Of a stretch of DNA of 64,000 nt, positions 1-9,786 are shown piece by piece; the first letter of the stretch is position 1; the number at the start of each line of letters is the position of its first letter. The position numbers were made by a program, and so were the translations under genes. The stretch lies in contig SVBE01000003.1 in assembly GCA_015059065.1 (NCBI GenBank), positions 2,000 through 65,999 of the forward strand, given 5' to 3'. This DNA is from Erysipelotrichaceae bacterium. GTDB taxonomy: Bacteria > Bacillota_I > Bacilli_A > RFN20 > CAG-826. The notes beneath the pieces were generated by a model. It was not told the origin of the DNA. It did no database searches and worked only from the letters and a program-made list of their open reading frames with translations.

Positions 1-125
1 TTATTATCATGGGCTTCTCACTCGCCTCTGCTATGGGTATCTATTGGTTCTTTGGTGCATTATTCTCAATCGCCCAAACATTAATTACCCAAAAAATTAT
101 CAGCGGCAAAAAATCTAAAAAATAA
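1..125 (+). CDS. yidC: Membrane protein insertase YidC/SpoIIIJ, C-terminal fragment (5' end outside window)
   Basis: Frame from nt 3 reads IIMGFSLASAMGIYWFFGALFSIAQTLITQKIISGKKSKK* (YidC-type 'GxYW...QTL' C-terminus); immediately upstream of jag. Confidence 0.85.
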   Translation, partial: IIMGFSLASAMGIYWFFGALFSIAQTLITQKIISGKKSKK

Positions 126-137
126 GGAGAATTATCG

Positions 138-737
138 ATGAAAGAATATCAAGGTAAAACTGTCGAAGAAGCATTAGAAGAAGCTTCTAAGGAATTAGGT
201 ATTCCTACTAGCCAAATCCTCTATTCAGACACAGGAAAAACCAAAGGTTTATTTTCAAAAAAAGTCATCATTGAAGTTTATGAATTTTCTGATGTTGTGA
301 GATATGCGGAAGACTATGTCTTAAACGTTATCGATTCCCTTGGAATTGAAAGCACAGTGAAGACTAAATTAGATGATGATATCATGCATATTGTTATCGA
401 TTCCACTCATAACCCAATTTTAATTGGTAAGAACGGAAAAACATTACAAGCTTTAAATGAGTTAACTCGTTTAGCGGTAAATGGTAAATTCCGTAAGAGA
501 TTTAGAATCCTTCTCGACATCAACGGATATAAGGATCACAAATACTGGGTTTTAGAAAAACAAGCGAGAAAATATGCTCACGATGTCCAAAAGACTAAGG
601 TCAACTTCGTGTTTGATCCAATGCCATCCGATGAAAGAAGAGCCATTCATAATGCATGCGCCAATATGCCTCATATCAAAACTGAGAGCATCGGTGAAGG
701 TTCTAAGAGACAAGTTCAAATCATTTACGTTGATTAA
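138..737 (+). CDS. jag: Jag/EloR (KhpB) RNA-binding protein, Jag_N-KH-R3H
   Basis: GKTVEEA N-terminus, LIGKNGKTLQAL KH motif, PMPSDERRAIH R3H motif; AGGAG RBS; yidC-jag-mnmE synteny. Confidence 0.93.
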   Translation: MKEYQGKTVEEALEEASKELGIPTSQILYSDTGKTKGLFSKKVIIEVYEFSDVVRYAEDYVLNVIDSLGIESTVKTKLDDDIMHIVIDSTHNPILIGKNGKTLQALNELTRLAVNGKFRKRFRILLDINGYKDHKYWVLEKQARKYAHDVQKTKVNFVFDPMPSDERRAIHNACANMPHIKTESIGEGSKRQVQIIYVD

Positions 738-771
738 TTAAATGCGCCTTATAGGCGCTTTTAAATATTTT

Positions 772-2097
772 ATGGAAGAAACAATAATTGCATTAGCCAC
801 ACCCCCACTTAAAAGCGCTCTCGCGCTCATTCGTCTTTCTGGTAAGGACTGCTTTGAGATTGTCTCAAAAGTGTTCTCTAAAGACCTTAGAGGTCTTAAA
901 AAGAGGGATGTCTTTGTTGGTCAAATTAAAGCTGGTGATAAAATCATCGATGATGTTGTTTTAAACGCCTATAAAGGACCGAGAAGTTTTACGGGCGAAG
1001 ATAGTGTAGAAATCATCTGTCATGGCTCCATGCTCATCGCTAATCAAATCATTAAAGAAATATTATCTAAAGGAGCAAGATTAGCCACTAACGGCGAGTT
1101 CTCCCAAAGAGCGTTTTTAAATAACAAGATCGACTTAGTGCAAGCAGAAGCCATTAATGATGTTATCAACGCGATAAACGATGAAGCAAAACAAATATCC
1201 ATGCTCTCTTTAAAAGGCGATACCAGCAATATTGTTTTAGCCATTAGAAATAGAATCGCTGACATCTTATCTTTAATCGAAGTGAATATCGACTTCCCAG
1301 AATATGAAGATATCGAAGAAGCGAGCAAAGAAATGATTATTAACTATGTTAACGAGGTCACTGATAAAGTTGGTAACCTCCTTAACGAAGGTGAAAAAGC
1401 CCAAATCATTAGAGACGGTTTAAAAGTCGCGATTGTGGGTAAACCTAATGTTGGTAAATCATCCTTATTAAATGCCTTATTACAAGAAGATAAAGCAATT
1501 GTTACAGAGATACCAGGTACGACTAGAGATGTGGTTGAAGGACAAGTTAATTTAGGAGGTATTCCTCTTAATTTATTTGATACCGCGGGTATTAGAGAAA
1601 CAAACGATGTCATCGAAAGCATCGGCATCAATAAAAGTGTTAAAGCAATTGAGGACGCGGATTTAGTCATCGCAGTCATTGATGCGAGTAGAGGATTAGA
1701 CGAAGAAGATAAACAAATCTTAGAAAAAATCAAAGATCGTAAACATATCGTCGTGTATAACAAAGCTGATTTGGTTAACGATAAAGATAATCATATCTAT
1801 GTCTCTGCGGCAAATAATGATTTAGAGAGTTTGAAGAAAGAGATATATCGTTTGTTTGATATCAACGAAACAACGTTTAAAACACCCGCGCTTAATAACT
1901 CTCGCCAACTTGGTTTATTACGTAAAGCAATTGATGAATTAAAGAAAGCAAAAATAGATGCGGAGAACGACTTATCAACTGATTTAATCGCGGTCTCTTT
2001 GCATCAAGCGTATAGCTGTTTATCAGAGATATTAGGAGAGGATTCTTTAACTGATTTTACCAAAGAAATATTCTCCAGATTCTGTGTAGGAAAATAA
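772..2097 (+). CDS. mnmE: tRNA uridine-5-carboxymethylaminomethyl modification GTPase MnmE
   Basis: ETIIALATPP start, SFTGEDSVEIICHG, GKPNVGKSSLLN, GTTRD, DTAG, NKAD, C-terminal FCVGK; start moved to ATG 772. Confidence 0.97.
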   Translation: MEETIIALATPPLKSALALIRLSGKDCFEIVSKVFSKDLRGLKKRDVFVGQIKAGDKIIDDVVLNAYKGPRSFTGEDSVEIICHGSMLIANQIIKEILSKGARLATNGEFSQRAFLNNKIDLVQAEAINDVINAINDEAKQISMLSLKGDTSNIVLAIRNRIADILSLIEVNIDFPEYEDIEEASKEMIINYVNEVTDKVGNLLNEGEKAQIIRDGLKVAIVGKPNVGKSSLLNALLQEDKAIVTEIPGTTRDVVEGQVNLGGIPLNLFDTAGIRETNDVIESIGINKSVKAIEDADLVIAVIDASRGLDEEDKQILEKIKDRKHIVVYNKADLVNDKDNHIYVSAANNDLESLKKEIYRLFDINETTFKTPALNNSRQLGLLRKAIDELKKAKIDAENDLSTDLIAVSLHQAYSCLSEILGEDSLTDFTKEIFSRFCVGK

Positions 2098-2098
2098 A

Positions 2099-2872
2099 AT
2101 GATTTTTGATACTCATTGCCATCTCAATCACGAGGACTTATACCCAGAAATAGACCGCATAATTGCTGATGCTGAAAAGGCGAGAGTGAAAAAGTTTTTA
2201 GTTGTTGGTTATGATAAAAAAACCTCACTTTTAGCGGTAAAAATCGCGCAAAAGTACGATAATTGCTATGCGGCTATTGGTTTTCATCCTACTGAAATAT
2301 TTGATTTAAGCGAAGAAGATTACGATGAAGTGATGTCGCATTTAAAAGATCCAAAAGTTGTCGCAATTGGAGAGATTGGATTAGATTATCATTGGATTAA
2401 AGACCCTGTTCAAAGAGAGATTCAAAAAGAATATTTTATTAGACAAATTGAACTTGCTAATCATGTGGGTTTACCAATCTCTATTCATAACCGTGATTCC
2501 ATTGAAGATTGTCTAGAAATATTAAAACAATATCCACCTAAGTTTGGTGGTTTTATGCATTGCTATTCTGGCTCTGTTGAATCGATGAAAGAATTCATCA
2601 AATTAGGATTAACAATATCTTTGGGTGGACCTGTGACATTCACTAATGCAAAGACACCTAAACAAGTAGCATATGAAGTCCCTCTAGATAAATTAGTGGT
2701 GGAAACAGATTCCCCATATCTCACCCCACATCCATTTAGAGGTAATAAAAACGAACCAAAAAACATCTCCTATGTCGTTCAAGAGATTGCGAAAATTAAA
2801 GAGCTATCACCAAAGCATATTGAAGATGTTACATACCAAAACGCATTAAAGGTTTTACATATCGATGAATAA
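2099..2872 (+). CDS. tatD: TatD family DNase
   Basis: FDTHCHL, GEIGLDY, HCYSG, ETDSPYL motifs. Confidence 0.95.
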   Translation: MIFDTHCHLNHEDLYPEIDRIIADAEKARVKKFLVVGYDKKTSLLAVKIAQKYDNCYAAIGFHPTEIFDLSEEDYDEVMSHLKDPKVVAIGEIGLDYHWIKDPVQREIQKEYFIRQIELANHVGLPISIHNRDSIEDCLEILKQYPPKFGGFMHCYSGSVESMKEFIKLGLTISLGGPVTFTNAKTPKQVAYEVPLDKLVVETDSPYLTPHPFRGNKNEPKNISYVVQEIAKIKELSPKHIEDVTYQNALKVLHIDE

Positions 2873-3374
2873 ACCATATATCGATCACATCGTCATCGTT
2901 GAAGGCACTAGTGATAAATCAAAAGTATCTTCTCTATTTGATTGTTCTGTCATTATTACTAACGGATACGATGTAGATAAAGGATTAATTAAATTATTGG
3001 GTGAGAAAAGAAAGCTTCTCATATTAACCGATGACGATGAAGCCGGAAAACAAATAAGGAAAACAATAAATTCTATAACTAAGTGCGAAAACGCTGAAGT
3101 GAACATTAAAGACTGTGACAAACATCATAAACATGGAGTGGCAGAATGCGATATTGAGGTGCTTTATAACTTATTAAAACCATTTGTTACGGAGAAGAAG
3201 AATAGACAAATTATTACAAATATTGATCTATATAATGCCGGCATAAATTCAAAAAGACAAAGAGATAATATTTGTGATAAATTATCTATTAATAGATATA
3301 GTCAAAAACAATTAATAGAAATTATTAATATATTAGGATTAAAAATAGAAGAAATAATTAAATATGCAGATTGA
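2865..3374 (+). CDS. rnmV: Ribonuclease M5 (Toprim domain)
   Basis: IVIVEG..D, ILTDDDEAGKQIR, GVAE; located between tatD and rsmA. Confidence 0.85.
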   Translation: MNKPYIDHIVIVEGTSDKSKVSSLFDCSVIITNGYDVDKGLIKLLGEKRKLLILTDDDEAGKQIRKTINSITKCENAEVNIKDCDKHHKHGVAECDIEVLYNLLKPFVTEKKNRQIITNIDLYNAGINSKRQRDNICDKLSINRYSQKQLIEIINILGLKIEEIIKYAD

Positions 3375-4164
3375 TAAAAATAGTTGTTTAGAGGTGTTGA
3401 ATGAATTTGGTATCATCCCTAGTAAGGATAAAGGCCAGAATTATTTAACTAACCCAAACACCGCGAAAAGAATCGCGGATTCATTAACAATCAATGATGA
3501 AGATAAAGTATTAGAAATAGGACCAGGTATTGGCTCTTTAACTCATTTTTTAACTGAAAGATCGAATAGTTTAACTGTCGTGGATGTTGATGAACAAAGC
3601 TGTAAAGTACTTAAAGATTTGTATCCTGAGGTAGATGTAATCAACCAAGATGCTTTAAAAATGAATTTTCATTCATACCAAAGAATTATCAGCAATGTTC
3701 CATATTCCATCACCTCAGATTTAATTGAATCGATATTGTTGAAGAGCAAGAATCTTAAGCAATGTGTTTTTATGGTCCAAGAAGACGCTTATAGACGCAT
3801 TGTTTCCCTTAAAGGAAAAGATTATGGACCTTTATCTGTTTTAATCTCTTTGAAGGGAAAAACTAAAACACTTTTTAAAGTGGGGTCAAACGATTTCTAT
3901 CCCCGACCGAAATGTGTATCTATTGTTTTTAAAATTGATATATCCCCTGATTCATTAATTGATGAAAAAGGATATAAAATCATCAAGACCTTATTTACCA
4001 ACAGAAGAAAGACTTTGTTAAACAACCTCTTGCTACTAATGAACAAAGATAAAGCAGCTTCTCTTTTAAGTGAATTAAAATTACCTATTACAATTAGACC
4101 AGAAGAAGTATCCCCTGAAACTTATTACAAATTAGTTTCACTTTCTCGCGCAAAAGGACAATAA
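3364..4164 (+). CDS. rsmA: 16S rRNA dimethyladenosine transferase RsmA/KsgA
   Basis: GQNYL, LEIGPGIGSLT, SNVPYSIT, F.P.PK, NRRKTL motifs. Confidence 0.95.
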   Translation: MQIDKNSCLEVLNEFGIIPSKDKGQNYLTNPNTAKRIADSLTINDEDKVLEIGPGIGSLTHFLTERSNSLTVVDVDEQSCKVLKDLYPEVDVINQDALKMNFHSYQRIISNVPYSITSDLIESILLKSKNLKQCVFMVQEDAYRRIVSLKGKDYGPLSVLISLKGKTKTLFKVGSNDFYPRPKCVSIVFKIDISPDSLIDEKGYKIIKTLFTNRRKTLLNNLLLLMNKDKAASLLSELKLPITIRPEEVSPETYYKLVSLSRAKGQ

Positions 4165-4171
4165 TGAATAT

Positions 4172-5026
4172 ATGAGAAATTACACAGTTAAGAGCAACGC
4201 GAAGATTAACATTGGTTTAGACGTGACCGAATCTCGCGAAGATGGATACCATAACCTTGATATGGTGATGGTGCCAATTCAATTTCATGACACTTTAATC
4301 ATCAAAGAAATCAAAAATAAACCAGATACATATGTCACCATGGATGACTATTCTTTAATGGTGTTTCAACATAATTTAGCGGCCTATGCGGTCGATGAAC
4401 TCGCGGCTAAATATGGCTTCCAAAATAAATACCGTATCATGATCCATAAACTCATTCCAATCAAAGCGGGATTAGGTGGTGGAAGCAGCAACGCAGCAAA
4501 CACATTAAAGGCTGTTAATAACATCTTAAAATTAGGCGCGACAGACGAAGAATTAATTGAAATTTCTAAAAAAATCGGCGCAGATGTCCCATTTTTTATC
4601 AAAAATACACCAGTTCGCTGCCGTGGTGTTGGAGAGAAAATGGAACCAATCAATATCAAGAATGATTATTGGGTTTTAATCGTTAAGCCAAAGCAAGGTT
4701 GTTCCACAAAAGAAGTGTTTAAACTATCTGATTCCACTAAGAGAAAACACGTTGATATTGATTCAATTGTCAAAGCCTTAGAAGAAGGTGACGACGAGCT
4801 TCTCGCGAATTCATTAGATAACTATTTAGAAGATGCAGCGATTCAACTTGTCCCAGAGATTCAAGTTATTAAAGACAAATTAAAAGATATGGGATTAAAA
4901 ATCGTTTGTATGACTGGTTCCGGCAGCACGGTCTTTGCTTTATCCACAAATAAAAAGGAATTAAAGAAAGCTGCTGCGGTTATGGAACCCCATTATTTCA
5001 CAGAGTTAACAAGGATACTTAAATAA
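4172..5026 (+). CDS. ispE: 4-diphosphocytidyl-2-C-methyl-D-erythritol kinase
   Basis: AKINIGLDV...DGYH, IPIKAGLGGGSSNAA, IGADVPFF, MTGSGSTVF. Confidence 0.95.
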   Translation: MRNYTVKSNAKINIGLDVTESREDGYHNLDMVMVPIQFHDTLIIKEIKNKPDTYVTMDDYSLMVFQHNLAAYAVDELAAKYGFQNKYRIMIHKLIPIKAGLGGGSSNAANTLKAVNNILKLGATDEELIEISKKIGADVPFFIKNTPVRCRGVGEKMEPINIKNDYWVLIVKPKQGCSTKEVFKLSDSTKRKHVDIDSIVKALEEGDDELLANSLDNYLEDAAIQLVPEIQVIKDKLKDMGLKIVCMTGSGSTVFALSTNKKELKKAAAVMEPHYFTELTRILK

Positions 5027-5027
5027 T

Positions 5028-5327
5028 ATGCCCACAATTGTAGATTCGTTTAACAAAAACATTTATATCGGTGACCAGATGGTTGGTTATATTGGACGTA
5101 ATGTCTTATATATCAACGGCCATAAGTTCGCTGATATATCAGATGATGGAGTAATCTCATATGGTGATGTTAAAGTCGGCTATGTTGATGATGACAATTC
5201 CATCATTGTGAAAGACAAAGAAGTTGGATACATCGACGGAGATAATAATTTCCGTTTCTATAATTTAACAAAATCTAGCAAGAAGACCCCCACTTCTATA
5301 AGGGGTGGGAGTATGTCACAACTATAA
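5028..5327 (+). CDS. Small beta-repeat hypothetical protein; C-terminal tail encoded by an IS-end-like hairpin
   Basis: Repeated 'VGY(I/V)D' beta motifs; in operon between ispE and ROK kinase. Confidence 0.65.
   Translation: MPTIVDSFNKNIYIGDQMVGYIGRNVLYINGHKFADISDDGVISYGDVKVGYVDDDNSIIVKDKEVGYIDGDNNFRFYNLTKSSKKTPTSIRGGSMSQL
5281..5319 (+). mobile_element. Orphan IS200/IS605-family right-end-like palindrome
   Basis: AGAAGACCCCCACTTCTATAAGGGGTGGGAGTATGTCAC: imperfect hairpin ending TCAC, resembling Firmicute tnpB-element right ends from memory; no tnpA/tnpB nearby. Confidence 0.55.
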
Positions 5328-5340
5328 AGGAGATTAAAGT

Positions 5341-6288
5341 ATGTACGCAGTAGGTGTTGATATCGGCGGTATGTCGATGAAATGTGGACTCGTTAATGAA
5401 AAGGGTGAGGTCGTCGATCGCGTAATCGTTAAAACCACATTAGGCGATCCATATGAAAAGACTATTGGAGAATTATGTGATGGCATTAAAGAGCTTCTGA
5501 AGAAGAATTATCTTTCGCCAAACGATATCAATGGTGTTGGTATCGGTGTTCCAGGTGCAGTAAACATCAAAAAAGGCACCGTAGACAGCTCTGCGAACTT
5601 AAAATGGTATAATGTTCCACTTGTGGAACTTGTGACCCAAGGAGTGGGTAGACAAGCCCGTATCACTAACGATGCGAACGCGGCTGTTCTAGGCGAAGCA
5701 AGATTTGGTTTTAAATGGAAATATCCAAATGTTGTCATGCTCACATTAGGAACCGGTGTTGGAGGCGGATTAATCGTCGACGGCAGATTATATGAAGGCA
5801 ACGAAGGCAAAGGTGCTGAATTAGGTCACGTCACCCTTGTATTAGATGGTAGACAATGTGGATGTGGTAGAAGAGGATGCGCGGAACAATATGCTTCTGC
5901 AACAGCCTTGATGAGACTCACAAGAGAAGCGATGGAAGACCACAAAGAATCACTTATGTGGCAACTATGTGATAACGATATTAATAATGTTAATGGAGCG
6001 ATTCCATTCGCTGCCGAAAAACAAGGCGATCCTGCTGCCAAACAAGTCGTTGATGAATATATCAAATATTTAGGTGAAACAATACTTAATTTCAATAACA
6101 TCTTTAGACCAAACGCCTTCATCTTAAGTGGTGGTGTTGCTAAGCAAGGTGAAAACCTCATCAATAAATTAAAAGATTATTGTGCTAAACAAAATTGGGG
6201 TTATGAAAACACTCCTGAACCAGAATTATTAATCGCCCAATTAGGCTATGACTCTGGCATCATTGGAGCCGCTTCCTTATATCTATAA
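5341..6288 (+). CDS. glcK: ROK family sugar kinase (glucokinase)
   Basis: GVDIGG, NDANAA, TLGTGVGGG, GAELGH, CGCGRRGCAE zinc motif; AAGGAG RBS. Confidence 0.92.
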   Translation: MYAVGVDIGGMSMKCGLVNEKGEVVDRVIVKTTLGDPYEKTIGELCDGIKELLKKNYLSPNDINGVGIGVPGAVNIKKGTVDSSANLKWYNVPLVELVTQGVGRQARITNDANAAVLGEARFGFKWKYPNVVMLTLGTGVGGGLIVDGRLYEGNEGKGAELGHVTLVLDGRQCGCGRRGCAEQYASATALMRLTREAMEDHKESLMWQLCDNDINNVNGAIPFAAEKQGDPAAKQVVDEYIKYLGETILNFNNIFRPNAFILSGGVAKQGENLINKLKDYCAKQNWGYENTPEPELLIAQLGYDSGIIGAASLYL

Positions 6289-6353
6289 TTACTCGTTATA
6301 AATAACAGCATCAGGTATTTTGCTTGGTGCTTTTTTTGTTTTACAATATTGGT

Positions 6354-6938
6354 ATGAAAAAGATAAACATCTTGTTGTTAGGTATACAAGCTACTGCTTT
6401 AGGGTCTTTATTTGGTTGTAGCAATAATAATGTGCTAGATGAATGGTATGGCGAATATACTTTATTATCAACAGAAGAAAGATGCACACTCGCCTTAAAC
6501 AACGATAAGACGTATATCATAAAATATTTAGATAACAGCTATTTGGGCTCTTACACTTATTATCAAGCCGAAGCAGATACTGGGTTCAAACCTAGAATAT
6601 GCTATATACCAGGTAATTATTACCCAACAGATGGCTCTGGACGTGCATATGGCATTACTCTTTTATGTGGTGATAGTTTTACGAATTTACCAGATTCGTT
6701 TAAGAAATTCTTTAAGAATAATGTGGAAGGCAACCAACACCTATTTGTTCATACCTTCTATAATACTGACTCGTTCGTTAAATATGGGGTGACGGCAAAA
6801 AGTGTTGCTGTCGATAGCAACAAAACATATAAAGAGATTGTTTATTATCCTGACAGAATATCAGTGTGTTCGGTCTCCGGCGAACCGCTTTATAACGAGG
6901 AAAACGACCCGGATTTACACTTTATAAAAATATCGTAG
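6354..6938 (+). CDS. Hypothetical lipoprotein
   Basis: MKKINILLLGIQATALGSLFGC signal peptide with lipobox; start set to ATG 6354. Confidence 0.7.
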   Translation: MKKINILLLGIQATALGSLFGCSNNNVLDEWYGEYTLLSTEERCTLALNNDKTYIIKYLDNSYLGSYTYYQAEADTGFKPRICYIPGNYYPTDGSGRAYGITLLCGDSFTNLPDSFKKFFKNNVEGNQHLFVHTFYNTDSFVKYGVTAKSVAVDSNKTYKEIVYYPDRISVCSVSGEPLYNEENDPDLHFIKIS

Positions 6939-6945
6939 AAAAATT

Positions 6946-6974
6946 AAAACCCACTTCCGAAAAAGTGGGTTTTT
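6946..6974. terminator. Bidirectional intrinsic terminator
   Basis: AAAACCCACTT-CCGAAA-AAGTGGGTTTT between convergent genes. Confidence 0.85.
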
Positions 6975-7000
6975 GTTATGAATTTTTGCTCAAAACTCAA

Positions 7001-9634
7001 TTATCTTGGGTTTTTGATGTTGGCTTGAGCAGCGGCTAAACGTGCAACTGGAACACGGAATGGTGAACAGGAGACGTAGTCGAGACCAGCCTTGTGGTAG
7101 AATTCGATGGATTTTGGATCGCCACCAGTTTCACCACAGACACCAACATGTAAGTCTGGTCTAGTAGCTCTACCGAGTTTAACAGCGTTAGCGACTAATT
7201 TACCGACACCGTTTTGGTCAAGGGTCTTGAATGGATCTTCTTCAAAGATCTTGTTCTCGTAATAGGCTGGTAAGAACTTACCGGCGTCATCACGGGAGAA
7301 ACCGAATGTCATTTGCGTTAAGTCGTTAGTACCGAAGGAGAAGAATTCAGCTTCTTCAGCGATTTCGTCTGCTAATAAGGCAGCACGTGGAATTTCAATC
7401 ATTGTACCAACATGGTAATGCATATTGACACCTGCTTCTTTAATTAATTGATCAGCAGTTTCGCAGATGATCTTCTTCACGAATCTTAATTCTTTGACTT
7501 CGAGCACGAGTGGTACCATGATTTCTGGTTCAATGGCTTTGCCAGTTCTCTTGCTGACTGCTAACGCGGCCTTGATAATGGCTCTAGTTTGCATTCTGCA
7601 GATTTCTGGATAAGTGACCGCTAAACGGCAACCACGGTGACCCATCATTGGGTTAGCTTCGTGTAATTCGTCGATTCTGTCGTGGACTTCTTCAACGCTC
7701 TTACCGATCGCTTTGGCTAACTCTTCGATTAAGCCTTCTTCTTGTGGTAAGAATTCGTGTAGAGGTGGATCTAATAAACGGACGTTGACATTGAATTCGC
7801 CCATTGTCTCATATAATCCTTCGAAGTCTTTTTGTTGCATTGGTTCGAGTTCTGCTAAAGCGGCTTCACGATCTTCAACCTTGTCAGCAAGGATCATCTT
7901 TCTCATGGAGAAGATTCTGTCTTTGTCGAAGAACATATGTTCAGTACGGCAGAGACCGATACCTTGTGCACCAAAGATCTTGGCTTGTTTGGCATCTCTT
8001 GGAGTGTCAGCGTTAGTTCTAACTTTTAACACTCTATTTTCATCGACCCACTTCATTAAGCGGCCGAAGTAACCACTAGTTAAATCTGGTTCAACAGTTT
8101 TGATTTCGCCAAAGTAGACGTTACCAGTGGAACCATCGATTGAGAATGTGTCTTGGTCAGTGTAAACCTTACCGTTGATAGTAACAGTCTTAGCTTCTTC
8201 ATCGATGATAGCAGCGGAACAACCACAGACACAGCATTTACCCATACCACGGGCAACGACAGCAGCGTGGCTAGTCATACCACCTCTCATTGTTAAGACC
8301 GCTTCAGCAGCGACCATACCAACGATATCTTCTGGAGAAGTTTCAGCTCTCACTAAGACGACCTTTTCACCAGCTTGATGTCTGGCTTCTGCTTCTTCAG
8401 CAGAGAAGGCTAATTTACCAGTACCAGCGCCTGGACCAGCAGCTAAGCCAGTGGCGATTGGAGTGGCTTTCTTGAGTTCATCTCTATCAAAGCCTGGTAA
8501 TAATAATTTATCGAATGTTAAGGCATCGATTCTTAAGACGGCTTCTTTTTCAGTGATTAAGCCTTCATCGACTAAATCACAAGCGATCTTTAAGGATGCA
8601 GCAGGAGTTCTCTTACCGTTTCTAGTTTGTAAGAAGTATAAGACACCGTCTTCAACAGTGAATTCCATATCTTGCATATCACGGTAATGGGCTTCCATTT
8701 TCTTGATAGTAGCAACGAATTGTTCGTAGACTTCTGGCATTCTCTTCTTTAATTCTTCGATATGAAGTGGAGTACGAATACCGGCAACGACGTCTTCGCC
8801 TTGTGCGTTTGGTAAGTATTCAGCGGAAATAACTTTTTCACCAGTACCTGGGTCTCTGGAGAAGGCAACACCTGTACCAGATGTTTCACCTTTGTTACCG
8901 AAGGCCATGGATTGAACGTTAACAGCAGTGCCCCAAGAATATGGGATGTTGTTCATCATACGATAAACGTTCGCACGTGGGTTGTCCCAGCTTCTGAAAA
9001 CCGCAGTAACGGCTTCAATTAATTGAACTTTTGGATCGGATGGGAATTCTTCACCAAATGTCTTTTTGTAGTAGTCTTTGTATTTGACGACTAAACCTTT
9101 TAATTCTTCCGCAGTGACTTCAGTGTCTAATTTGTAGCCTCTCTCTTTTTTGAGATCGTCTAACATCTTATCCATATCAGTACGTGGATGTCCTTTAGCA
9201 ATGTTAGTGAACATTAAGATGAAACGACGATAGCTATCATACGCAAATCTTTCGTTGTTTGTTTCTCTTGCTAAAGCGGCGACTGTCTCTTCGTTTAAGC
9301 CTAAGTTTAAGATGGTGTCCATCATACCTGGCATAGAGACACGAGCACCAGAACGAACAGAGACTAATAATGGTTTAGTGGTGCCACCAAAAGTTTTTCC
9401 TGTTTGTTTTTCAACACCTTTGACTGCCTCATAAATTTGATCGATGAGGAAGTCTGGTAATTTCTTACCTTGATCATAATAAAGTGTGCATGCTTCTGTG
9501 CTAATTGTAAATCCTTCTGGGATACGCACACCGATGTGGGTCATTTCAGCTAGACCCGCGCCTTTACCACCAAGAATTTCTTTTCCTAATCCATAGGCTT
9601 CTTGGAAGGGGTAAACATATTTCTTTTCGCTCAT
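7001..9634 (-). CDS. ppdK: Pyruvate, phosphate dikinase
   Basis: LGGKGAGLAEM, VSVRSGARVSMPGMMDT, GGMTSHAAVVARG phospho-His motif, GIGLCRTEHMF, SFGTNDLTQ. Confidence 0.98.
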   Translation of the reverse strand: MSEKKYVYPFQEAYGLGKEILGGKGAGLAEMTHIGVRIPEGFTISTEACTLYYDQGKKLPDFLIDQIYEAVKGVEKQTGKTFGGTTKPLLVSVRSGARVSMPGMMDTILNLGLNEETVAALARETNNERFAYDSYRRFILMFTNIAKGHPRTDMDKMLDDLKKERGYKLDTEVTAEELKGLVVKYKDYYKKTFGEEFPSDPKVQLIEAVTAVFRSWDNPRANVYRMMNNIPYSWGTAVNVQSMAFGNKGETSGTGVAFSRDPGTGEKVISAEYLPNAQGEDVVAGIRTPLHIEELKKRMPEVYEQFVATIKKMEAHYRDMQDMEFTVEDGVLYFLQTRNGKRTPAASLKIACDLVDEGLITEKEAVLRIDALTFDKLLLPGFDRDELKKATPIATGLAAGPGAGTGKLAFSAEEAEARHQAGEKVVLVRAETSPEDIVGMVAAEAVLTMRGGMTSHAAVVARGMGKCCVCGCSAAIIDEEAKTVTINGKVYTDQDTFSIDGSTGNVYFGEIKTVEPDLTSGYFGRLMKWVDENRVLKVRTNADTPRDAKQAKIFGAQGIGLCRTEHMFFDKDRIFSMRKMILADKVEDREAALAELEPMQQKDFEGLYETMGEFNVNVRLLDPPLHEFLPQEEGLIEELAKAIGKSVEEVHDRIDELHEANPMMGHRGCRLAVTYPEICRMQTRAIIKAALAVSKRTGKAIEPEIMVPLVLEVKELRFVKKIICETADQLIKEAGVNMHYHVGTMIEIPRAALLADEIAEEAEFFSFGTNDLTQMTFGFSRDDAGKFLPAYYENKIFEEDPFKTLDQNGVGKLVANAVKLGRATRPDLHVGVCGETGGDPKSIEFYHKAGLDYVSCSPFRVPVARLAAAQANIKNPR

Positions 9635-9743
9635 AAATACCTCCTATAAGCACTCACGGGTGTATTATATCATGCTAGCGCATATGTATGTAATAAAATT
9701 TATGCGCGCAATATAAAGTATCTATGATACTTAAGTACAAAAT

Positions 9744-9766
9744 AAAAAGCACACTAAGGTGCTTTT
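9744..9766 (-). terminator. Intrinsic terminator downstream of 1-phosphofructokinase gene
   Basis: AAAAGCAC-ACTAAG-GTGCTTTT hairpin with flanking A/T tracts. Confidence 0.7.
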
Positions 9767-9786
9767 GCTAGATAAGGGTATATTTT

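Noticed and set aside
742-771. N-terminal extension of mnmE in the ORF track
   Set aside because: Region is a GCGCCT-TAT-AGGCGC hairpin after jag; the family-typical start is ATG 772
4940-4948. Perfect DnaA box TTATCCACA inside ispE
   Set aside because: Single copy in coding sequence; plausible by chance in AT-rich DNA
9678-9710. GCGCATA...TATGCGC inverted repeat upstream of ppdK
   Set aside because: Could be an operator, but short with a long AT spacer and matches no motif I can name
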